IMG/VR virus record: IMGVR_UViG_3300017734_000008
Coordinates: 1-53,711 of that record
Reading direction: 5' to 3' (one strand)
DNA length: 53,711 nucleotides
From: a virus
Lineage: Duplodnaviria > Caudoviricetes
The position numbers and the translations under genes are program-made. Positions 38,862 to 46,401 of the stretch are shown here, one piece after another. The notes below the pieces were generated by a model, which saw nothing but the letters and a program-made list of their open reading frames with translations, was not told the origin of the DNA and searched no databases. Position 1 is the stretch's first letter. Every line of letters begins with the position of its first letter.

Positions 38862-38897
38862 GTCTACAGTATATATGGAAAACGGATAACGGACAAC

Positions 38898-38960
38898 GAA
38901 AAAAGGGCGCTTCAGTCTCCCTCCACGCCCTAAAGATAACAAGAAATGATGTTATATAAC
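38898..38960 (-). ncRNA. candidate small RNA 1 (about 62 nt)
   Basis: Promoter TTGATT-17-TACAAT (38995-38967, minus); ends in AGGGCG/CGCCCT hairpin + U-run. Confidence 0.55.
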
Positions 38961-39064
38961 GCTATAATTGTATAGTATTCGTTAATCTAAATCAACGAAG
39001 TAAAAAATCTACTATATAGATTATCTAGACCCCTATGCACTTTTTTTAGTCAGAGGTCAAAAGT

Positions 39065-39169
39065 GGTGTATCTGGTGTATCTGATGATTATAATTGTTGT
39101 ATATCAACACTTATAATCGATTTTAAGGTGTATCCGTAGGTGTATCCGTGGTGTATCTGGATACACCAC
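39065..39169. repeat. iteron-like GGTGTATCY array with palindromes (origin or packaging site candidate)
   Basis: Five direct copies (39065, 39074, 39127, 39139, 39150) plus one inverted (39159). Confidence 0.8.
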
Positions 39170-39318
39170 AATATCAATATTTCCTTGCGTAGTGCAAAAA
39201 TGTTAGTTTGGGTAACCTAGTCGGGGGTTAAAATAATCTATATAATAGAATTTGCGGTGGGCGGCAAATCTCAAGACATTGCTGAAGATGATCTTGATAA
39301 CGCCCGCCCCGTAAAATT

Positions 39319-39666
39319 ATGGTAATAGCTAAAACAATTATAAAAGCAGCAATCAAGAGAGCTAAGAAAAAGGCCGCTGCAACTAAAGGCAGGAAGCTTA
39401 CTAAAAGCTTGGATAAATACAATATTCATGCTGGTGGAGGTAAAGGCCCTGTACCTATTAAGAAACAATCATTACAAAAAAGCACATTAAGTGGTAGAAC
39501 TTATTCTATAAGTACCAATAAACTAAGCGCTAAAACAATGCTTGATATAGGTGGTGGTTATGGAACTACATCTACAGCAAGGTTTCAAGATGCAGTTAAG
39601 GACTTGATTGGTTTAGATAAGCTAAGTATAAGAAAAGCATTCAAAAGAGGGAAAGGAAAAAAATAA
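39319..39666 (+). CDS. very basic hypothetical protein
   Basis: Lys-rich, amphipathic N-terminus; TAATG coupling. Confidence 0.7.
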   Translation: MVIAKTIIKAAIKRAKKKAAATKGRKLTKSLDKYNIHAGGGKGPVPIKKQSLQKSTLSGRTYSISTNKLSAKTMLDIGGGYGTTSTARFQDAVKDLIGLDKLSIRKAFKRGKGKK

Positions 39667-39938
39667 TGAAACAAAAAAAGTTATTACTAGGTGGACTTCT
39701 ATCTGCAGGTATAAAATATGCTGCTAAAAAGTATATGAAACGAAGCGGCAGAAATATATCTAAATTAACTAAAATGCAGCCAAAACTCTCAAAAAACAAA
39801 AGAGCTGGTGCTAAACATGATATGGCAACCGCTATACAAATGCAAGGAACCAAAAGTTTTCTGAACCCTAAGGGCATGACAATGAAAGATGTAAATAAAT
39901 TACAATCTTATAAAAATAGACTACCAAAGAATTACTAA
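39666..39938 (+). CDS. basic protein with KKLLLGG leader
   Basis: TAATG coupling at both ends. Confidence 0.7.
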   Translation: MKQKKLLLGGLLSAGIKYAAKKYMKRSGRNISKLTKMQPKLSKNKRAGAKHDMATAIQMQGTKSFLNPKGMTMKDVNKLQSYKNRLPKNY

Positions 39939-40462
39939 TGGCATTAAAAGCAAAAGCACTTAGAACTATAGATGATTTGACTCCCAAACAAAGAAAGTTT
40001 GTAGATATACTTGTAGCGAACTGGGGTGAAATCACAAAAGCCGAGGCCTGTAAAAGAGCTGGTTATGAAGCAAAGAATGATAAGAATTTTTCCGATATTG
40101 GAAGTAGACTAACTTTAAGACGACACAATCCACACGTAGTAAAATATATGGATCAACAGCTTGAAAAAGCTAAGGCCAAATATGAAAAGGATAGACTGCG
40201 TAGATACAAAAGATTAGAAAAATATGCTGACAATGCATTTGAAGATAAACAATATGCGTCAGCTATAAATGCTGAGTATAGATCAGGACAATTAGCTGGT
40301 TTATATGTAGATAAAAAAGAAGTAAAAGTATCAGGATTGGAGGGTATGTCACGTGCAGAGCTTGAGAAGAAACTCACAGAGCTTTCAAACAAGATCGATG
40401 GTTTCAACGCCAAAACGATCGAAGTTGAGCCAGAGACAAAAAAATTATCTAGTAAGTCATAA
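39938..40462 (+). CDS. terS: terminase small subunit
   Basis: LTPKQRKFV...A..RAGY HTH; GQLAGLYVDKKEV. Confidence 0.8.
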   Translation: MALKAKALRTIDDLTPKQRKFVDILVANWGEITKAEACKRAGYEAKNDKNFSDIGSRLTLRRHNPHVVKYMDQQLEKAKAKYEKDRLRRYKRLEKYADNAFEDKQYASAINAEYRSGQLAGLYVDKKEVKVSGLEGMSRAELEKKLTELSNKIDGFNAKTIEVEPETKKLSSKS

Positions 40463-40533
40463 TTGGACTTCCTTCATTACTGTTTTTAACGAGGTGCATA
40501 ACGCTGATCTCAACGTAAACTTAGGCAAAATTA

Positions 40534-40830
40534 ATGTTAAGACGGAAGAAAAGTAAATACAAACAAGCTCTCGTAGGTAATAAAAAATATTATTACTACA
40601 GAATTTATTGGTTAGATCCCTGCGGAGATGCTGGGCATGCGGAGGCTAGTGAGGTAAAAAAACTAAAGCCAGCCAAGATGATAACTCATGCATTTATTTT
40701 TGAGAAAAACCATAAATATGTTTGGACATTTGCTTCTTATGACGAAGAAGCTGCTGTATTTTCCGACAGGAATTGTCTACTTAGATCTAGTGTTTATAAG
40801 TTTGAAAGAGTATTAAACCGATCTGAATAA
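40534..40830 (+). CDS. conserved hypothetical protein
   Basis: I.W.D..GD.G...TFASYD. Confidence 0.7.
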   Translation: MLRRKKSKYKQALVGNKKYYYYRIYWLDPCGDAGHAEASEVKKLKPAKMITHAFIFEKNHKYVWTFASYDEEAAVFSDRNCLLRSSVYKFERVLNRSE

Positions 40831-40833
40831 TTT

Positions 40834-41322
40834 ATGAAGAAGCGTGAGTCTAAACTCTGGCAAAGAATAAAAAAACACATAACAAAACCACATTTAATTC
40901 GTGTAGAATCTAATACTATCAATGGTATTCCTGACATAAATGGTTGTTGGAGTGGCAAAGAATTTTGGATTGAACTTAAATCGGACAAGGTAGGATATCC
41001 TAAGCTATCTAAATGGCAAATTAGTTGGATCAATAAACGAATCAAACACGGTGGTATAGTAATTATCTGCAATGAGACCCTCTCGCAGAGAGTTTTCCAA
41101 CTGTACAGACCGTTGTCCGCGATTACTGATGCTCGTTTACTGAAACCTCGGTGCTCGTTCTCATTTCCCGTACAATGGCCATCGGTGCAGGATGCCCTCT
41201 GGGATCTCCTGCAGCTGGATCCTGAAGCTCGTTCTCGTTCTCGTGACAAAGATCAACGAATCGGGGAAGAAATAATAAGGAACTCAGGCAGCATCACAAG
41301 TGAGGACTTGTCTGGTATCTGA
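40834..41322 (+). CDS. VRR-NUC / Holliday-junction resolvase-like nuclease
   Basis: ES.LW...RVE...GIPD...WIELK...Q..W. Confidence 0.8.
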   Translation: MKKRESKLWQRIKKHITKPHLIRVESNTINGIPDINGCWSGKEFWIELKSDKVGYPKLSKWQISWINKRIKHGGIVIICNETLSQRVFQLYRPLSAITDARLLKPRCSFSFPVQWPSVQDALWDLLQLDPEARSRSRDKDQRIGEEIIRNSGSITSEDLSGI

Positions 41323-41589
41323 TTCTCGTTTATTCTCGTTGTCGGGGGCCAACTTTTCTATCATTGTTTTCCGTTGAGCCCCCTTCAGGAGCTGGTGCAG
41401 CACACTCCGTGTTCTCGTTTATAGAAGCTCGTTCTCGTTTTAAGAAAGGTATATCAATGTGTACCTGCAGCTACAGCCTCAGGACACAGGTACGGAAGCT
41501 GGGTGGACAAAAAGTTCCTGAACTTCCTACTTGACTTATCTCCCATCTGGTCTTATGTACACATCTGGATTAACAACGAAAGGATAACA

Positions 41590-41907
41590 ATGAAAACACA
41601 TGTAATTAAGGATGACGGTACGGTGACCGTGGTAGAAGGAAAGATAGAAGATCTAGATGCGATGCAGAAGCTCGTAAAGGGATCTATTGAAATAGTAAAC
41701 GCAGCAATGCCTGCAGCATCTCCTGAGCTGCCAGGAGGAAAAGATCTTAAAGAGATGATAGTGAATGAAGAAGGTCTCTTCAACACTGCGTTCAAAACGA
41801 ATCACAAAGCTAGGAAGCTTATAGCTCAAGGACTGGACGTGCAGCTGGAGAACATTCAGGACATCCGTGGTGATGTCTTCGTGACTGACGGATGGCGGAT
41901 CGCGTGA
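41590..41907 (+). CDS. DUF3846-like protein
   Basis: MQKLVKG.IE...IVNEEG...N..A...I.GDV; SD AAGGA. Confidence 0.75.
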   Translation: MKTHVIKDDGTVTVVEGKIEDLDAMQKLVKGSIEIVNAAMPAASPELPGGKDLKEMIVNEEGLFNTAFKTNHKARKLIAQGLDVQLENIQDIRGDVFVTDGWRIA

Positions 41908-41999
41908 TGTCGTTCATTTTAATTCTCGCCCTGCTCTGGCCGAAGATTACCATGCCAGCACTGGGGCTCCTGGTGGTTACGCTGGTGGCAGTCTTGTGA
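41907..41999 (+). CDS. 30-aa membrane hairpin peptide
   Basis: MSFILILALLWPKITMPALGLLVVTLVAVL; TGATG coupling. Confidence 0.55.
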   Translation: MSFILILALLWPKITMPALGLLVVTLVAVL

Positions 42000-42114
42000 A
42001 GCTCTCGCTCGTTCTCGTTGGAGTGCGCCTTGTTTAGAACTATTCTAAAGTGGATAGCATCACACGGGGGGCGGGCGTGGCAGTTTTTAGGTAAGACTTG
42101 TGGAATTTTTTTAT

Positions 42115-42143
42115 TTGACTTATAGGTGGGATATGATAAGACA
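42115..42143 (+). promoter_or_regulatory. repeated early promoter, copy 1
   Basis: TTGACT-16-TAAGAC containing GTGGGATATGATAAGACA. Confidence 0.65.
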
Positions 42144-42172
42144 ATGGAGAAAGATAACAAAAGGAGAAAAAT

Positions 42173-42589
42173 ATGGGACTAGATCAATTCGCACACATAA
42201 GAGACAAACAAAGTGGGCAGATGAAGCGACCAGACTTTGAAAAAGTCTATTCAGATAAATACGAGCCAACAATAGATGGTTTCGTTTGGAGAAAGCACTC
42301 ACGACTTCAACAGTTTATGCAAAATATTTGGGCAGAACAAAATCCAAATAGTGAAGAGGCAATGAATGGAGAAGATGAACTGACGCTGAATAAAGATATT
42401 ATAACCAACTTACGTAAAGAGATAGATGGCAACTATCATAATTCGTTTTGTAGTGGTGGCTTTTTTTGGGGACATCAGTTTCAAGAAGAAGCCGTCAAAG
42501 AATACTCCAAGCAAGATGTTCAGTTCTGTGATTGGGCTTTGGCACAAATCGAAAAGGGCGAAACTGTCGTCTATAATTGCTCGTGGTAA
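42173..42589 (+). CDS. conserved phage early protein (MGLDQ...WRKH family)
   Basis: MGLDQ, WRKH, GFFWG, C-terminal Y.CSW. Confidence 0.85.
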   Translation: MGLDQFAHIRDKQSGQMKRPDFEKVYSDKYEPTIDGFVWRKHSRLQQFMQNIWAEQNPNSEEAMNGEDELTLNKDIITNLRKEIDGNYHNSFCSGGFFWGHQFQEEAVKEYSKQDVQFCDWALAQIEKGETVVYNCSW

Positions 42590-42638
42590 ATCTCTCGTTG
42601 TTGCTTATCTCGTTGTTTAAAAAGAAAAGGGGGTACAA

Positions 42639-42737
42639 ATGATGGGGGGACTAATTTGGTTTTCGCCATTAATATTTATCTACATATTATTAGTGATGGA
42701 TATTATTAGTTTAGGTTCTGTTTTTAGTTTGTTCTAG
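42639..42737 (+). CDS. 32-aa hydrophobic peptide
   Basis: SD AGGGGG; MMGGLIWFSPLIFIYILLVM... Confidence 0.5.
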   Translation: MMGGLIWFSPLIFIYILLVMDIISLGSVFSLF

Positions 42738-42793
42738 CTTTGTCTGTGGAAAACCCATTATGAACAGGCAGACCCATAATGGACACAAAGTTG

Positions 42794-42822
42794 TTGAAGT
42801 TAATGTGGGATATGATAAGACA
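42794..42822 (+). promoter_or_regulatory. repeated early promoter, copy 2
   Basis: TTGAAG-16-TAAGAC; same 18-mer as copy 1. Confidence 0.65.
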
Positions 42823-42852
42823 GGCTATTACTAACACTAACAAAGGAAAACA

Positions 42853-43179
42853 ATGAGTAATGCAATAAGAAAGCTAAAGGCAGATGAGAAAAAAATCATC
42901 TTGGCTTATGCTACAATTAAACTGCAAGCAAATCGTTTATCTAAAGAGTTAGATACAATGAAACAAAACTTGGTTGATGTGTTTGAGAGAACCAAACAAA
43001 ATCTAGTTATTGTTCAAGATGAGAATGGTTGTAGTTTTGGAGTGCAGAAAATCAAACGTAAAAGAAAGAAGTTTGAAACTGCTAACTTTAAAATAAAACA
43101 TAATGATTTATTCAATCAGTTCTGTACTGAAATTGAATATAATGAGTTTAAAGCTATTGGGGATAGTAATGACAAATAG
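42853..43179 (+). CDS. hypothetical protein
   Basis: SD AAGGA; ORF track. Confidence 0.75.
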   Translation: MSNAIRKLKADEKKIILAYATIKLQANRLSKELDTMKQNLVDVFERTKQNLVIVQDENGCSFGVQKIKRKRKKFETANFKIKHNDLFNQFCTEIEYNEFKAIGDSNDK

Positions 43180-43414
43180 TTTGATGAACATATCTAAAGT
43201 ATTAGCCGAGCAATCGGCTAATGCTCAACTTACTGACAACGTAAAGTTAGAACCTGACGCAGTTAGTAAATTAAATTATGAAGTTATGTATAAAATGTTA
43301 GAGGGCGAAGTAGAAAAGCTAATACTAGAAAATAATGGCAACCCTTTAATCGATAACTTTAAAACTAGGATTGTAAGAAAATTTAGTTACTTAATAGAAA
43401 AGTTAAGTAGCTAA
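43169..43414 (+). CDS. hypothetical protein
   Basis: ATG 43169 after GGGGA. Confidence 0.65.
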   Translation: MTNSLMNISKVLAEQSANAQLTDNVKLEPDAVSKLNYEVMYKMLEGEVEKLILENNGNPLIDNFKTRIVRKFSYLIEKLSS

Positions 43415-43422
43415 CTACAACC

Positions 43423-43460
43423 AACACCAATAGCCCGTAAGGGCTATTGGTGTTCTCTTA
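43423..43460 (+). terminator. intrinsic terminator
   Basis: Perfect 14-bp stem AACACCAATAGCCC-GTAA-GGGCTATTGGTGTT after operon end. Confidence 0.75.
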
Positions 43461-43627
43461 TAGAAGGCTCAGCAAAACCAACAACCTGCTTTTCTTAATT
43501 TTTTTACGCTGGTCGCGTTGATATACAAGGTACTTGTATATTGTAAGAGTTTATAGCAAGTCGAATAGAAGTAGTGTATGCTGAAACGGTATGGTATAAA
43601 GGGACCCAAGAAAACAGAATTTTTAAG

Positions 43628-45112
43628 ATGAGTACATTAGATCAATTAACAGATGATGAATTAAGAACCTTAATTCTTAAGAAGCAGATCGAATATATAA
43701 AATTATGTCAGGATGACTTTTTATTATTCGTGAAAGCTATGTGGCCTGATTTTATTTATAGGAACACAGAGGACCCTGAGAAATGGGGGCACCATCAAAT
43801 AATAGCAAATGAGTTTCAAGACATAGCTTCAAAAGAATCTAAACGTCTTATTGTGAATATGCCACCAAGGCATACTAAATCAGAGTTCGCTTCATATTTA
43901 TTTCCTGCTTGGATGATTGGTAAGAATCCTAAGATGAAACTTATGCAAGTATCACACAATGCTGAACTTGCTTCGCGGTTCGGTAGCAAAGTTAGAAACT
44001 TAATGGAAACCGAAGACTACAAAAGTATCTTCGGAGATGTTAGTCTAAGAGAAGATAGTAAGGCTAAAGGACGTTGGGAGACCAATCATGGTGGAGAATA
44101 TTTTGCAGCGGGGGTAGGCGGTTCAATCACAGGACGAGGGGCGGACTTACTTATTATTGATGACCCACATACTGAACAAGACTCAATGTCTGACTCTGCT
44201 ATGGAAAGAGCTTTTGAATGGTATTCATCAGGACCCCGACAACGTTTACAACCAGGAGGCTCAATCGTAGTTGTAATGACAAGATGGGCAACGGATGATT
44301 TAACAGGGAGGCTCATCAAATCACAATCTGAACCTAAATCAGATTCGTGGCGCGTTATTAATTTTCCAGCAATACTTCCCTCAGGTAATCCTGTATGGCC
44401 TGAATACTGGCCACTCGATGAATTAGAAAAAGTTAAAGCATCGGTGACAACGAAAAACTGGAATGCACAATACATGCAGGACCCAACGTCAGAGGAAGGT
44501 GCAATTATTAAAAGAGATTGGTGGCAACCGTGGAACGAAGAACGGATACCGACACTTAAACATGTGATGCAAAGTTATGATACTGCGTATTCTAAAAAAG
44601 AATCTGCAGATTACTCAGCTATTACAACGTGGGGAATATTTCAACCTGCAGAAGGTTATGAAGATTGTTTAATTTTATTAGATGCAATAAAAGGAAGGTT
44701 CGACTTTCCTGATCTTAAGAATTTAGCACTAGAGCAATATCAATACTGGCAACCTGAAACAACTATTGTTGAAGCTAAAGCTACAGGACAACCTTTGATT
44801 CATGAATTAAGACGAGCAGGTATACCTGTAATAGATTATGTTCCTGCAAGAGGTAGAGATAAGCATACTAGAATTAACTCAGTAGCCCCTATATTTGAGT
44901 CTGGTATGGTTTTTGCCCCAACAGATGAGAAATTTGCACAAGATGTTATTGAAGAAGTAGCTGCTTTTCCTCACGGTCAATACGATGACTATGTTGACTC
45001 TATGACCCAAGCAGTGATAAGATTCAGGGAAGGTGGATTTGTTACAACTTATTCTGATGCAATAGACGAACCTAATTTTAAGATTGAAAAAGATTATAGA
45101 TACTATGGATAG
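43628..45112 (+). CDS. terL: terminase large subunit
   Basis: MPPRHTKS Walker A, LLIIDD Walker B, MTRW, SYDTA, DDYVDS. Confidence 0.95.
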   Translation: MSTLDQLTDDELRTLILKKQIEYIKLCQDDFLLFVKAMWPDFIYRNTEDPEKWGHHQIIANEFQDIASKESKRLIVNMPPRHTKSEFASYLFPAWMIGKNPKMKLMQVSHNAELASRFGSKVRNLMETEDYKSIFGDVSLREDSKAKGRWETNHGGEYFAAGVGGSITGRGADLLIIDDPHTEQDSMSDSAMERAFEWYSSGPRQRLQPGGSIVVVMTRWATDDLTGRLIKSQSEPKSDSWRVINFPAILPSGNPVWPEYWPLDELEKVKASVTTKNWNAQYMQDPTSEEGAIIKRDWWQPWNEERIPTLKHVMQSYDTAYSKKESADYSAITTWGIFQPAEGYEDCLILLDAIKGRFDFPDLKNLALEQYQYWQPETTIVEAKATGQPLIHELRRAGIPVIDYVPARGRDKHTRINSVAPIFESGMVFAPTDEKFAQDVIEEVAAFPHGQYDDYVDSMTQAVIRFREGGFVTTYSDAIDEPNFKIEKDYRYYG

Positions 45113-45122
45113 GATTTAAATT

Positions 45123-45344
45123 ATGCCAATAAAAGTAACACCAATCAAAGGTGGAAAATATGATAAAGCTGATGCTCAAGATAAAATGGAAAAAATTGGT
45201 AAAGCTAAGGAAAAAACTAAATTAAAACCAATAGGCGCACAGCCCGCAAACAAAGTTGAAAAAGTTGAAGGTATGATGACTGGTGGTATGTGCAGAGGTA
45301 TGGGCGCAGCTATCAAAGGTGGAAAGTTTGGAGGAGTTAAGTAA
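45123..45344 (+). CDS. small basic protein with MMTGG and RGMGAAIKGGKF
   Basis: ORF track; coupled to next gene. Confidence 0.75.
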   Translation: MPIKVTPIKGGKYDKADAQDKMEKIGKAKEKTKLKPIGAQPANKVEKVEGMMTGGMCRGMGAAIKGGKFGGVK

Positions 45345-46393
45345 TGGGTGATGTGAGGACAGAAAGAAGAAAGCTTCTATTAATGAAAGAAGCTGAAATG
45401 AGATCTAAAAGAAAAAAAATGGGTAGAATGGGGCCTCTTAAACCAACTAGGATGGGAAAAATAGAAGAAAGACCTTTAATGACTAGAGGCATGATTGAGA
45501 GAAGAAAAGAAATGGAAAAAAGAAATTCAAGAGCATTACCACCAGCAGCAGGTATGTTATCAGGTGGCCAAGCTAAGATTGCAGCTAAAGCTCCACCACG
45601 AAATAAAATCAATGCAAAAGATTTTGAAGTGCTTAGAGCTGAAAAAGCTAAAGGCAGAGGACAAGGTTTACAAGACGAGAAATTAAAACCAGGTAAAGTT
45701 ACTAAAGCAGCACTTGGTGTATTAGCTGCAGGTTTAAGCGCAAAAAAAAGAATGGATGAGAAAAAAATGGCACCCGTTGGAATAGGTGGTATAGGAGCTA
45801 GTATGGCTAGACTCGATGCTATAAAAAAAATTTTAGGAAAAAATAAAGGTGGTGTTATGAAAGCTAACGAAGGCGGTATGGGTGAAGCTAAAGGTTACAA
45901 AAAATATTTAAAAGGATTAAAGAAAGCTGAGGGAGCACAATTTAGAGCTAAATTCAAAGCAAAAGAAATAGCTAAAGCTGGTGGTAAAGCAGCTTTGAGA
46001 GCAGCTAAAGCTTCTAGAATAGGTAAGATCGCAGCTGGTGTAGCAGCAGTAGGATTGGGAGCAAAAGAATTTTTAAAAAGAAAAATGGAAAAGAATAAAA
46101 ACAAGCCACAGAAAAAAATGGGCGGTGGCATGATGATGCAAAGACCTATTAAAGCTGTAGGAGGTGCTGCCATATCAGCAATAGCTGCTGGGGCAGGAAC
46201 AATAGGTGCTGCTGCTTTAAGAGCAAACAAAAAACTTGCTGAAAAAAAAGCCAAAGAGAAAAAAAAGAAAATGGAAAAGCCTAAAAAGAAAATGGGCGGT
46301 GGCATGATGCAAAGACCTATGGGATATTCAAAAGGTACGTCTGTAAAAGTTAAATGTAAACTTGGTAGAAACAAACCTACTAAAATGTACTAG
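45344..46393 (+). CDS. K/A/G/M-rich low-complexity polyprotein-like protein
   Basis: Repeated xxxGG linkers; duplicated KKMGGGMM(M)QRP. Confidence 0.75.
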   Translation: MGDVRTERRKLLLMKEAEMRSKRKKMGRMGPLKPTRMGKIEERPLMTRGMIERRKEMEKRNSRALPPAAGMLSGGQAKIAAKAPPRNKINAKDFEVLRAEKAKGRGQGLQDEKLKPGKVTKAALGVLAAGLSAKKRMDEKKMAPVGIGGIGASMARLDAIKKILGKNKGGVMKANEGGMGEAKGYKKYLKGLKKAEGAQFRAKFKAKEIAKAGGKAALRAAKASRIGKIAAGVAAVGLGAKEFLKRKMEKNKNKPQKKMGGGMMMQRPIKAVGGAAISAIAAGAGTIGAAALRANKKLAEKKAKEKKKKMEKPKKKMGGGMMQRPMGYSKGTSVKVKCKLGRNKPTKMY

Positions 46394-46401
46394 GAGGGTC
46401 A

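Larger units (their letters stand above)
41132..42614 (+). repeat. dispersed strand-polar CTCGTT repeats
   Basis: About 13 copies counted by eye, often tandem. Confidence 0.7.

Noticed and set aside
39065-39169. CRISPR-like array
   Set aside because: Repeats are 9 bp with irregular, mostly 0-3 bp gaps; no cas operon.
42066-42080. G-quadruplex (GGGGGGCGGGCGTGG)
   Set aside because: Fewer than four G3 tracts.
40794-42160. Minus-strand ORFs 40794-41249 and 41819-42160
   Set aside because: They overlap better-supported plus genes and reflect local GC richness and repeats.
45895-46374. Minus-strand hydrophobic ORF and other antisense ORFs inside long genes
   Set aside because: Shadow frames of Lys/Ala-rich or long plus-strand genes; no RBS or motifs.
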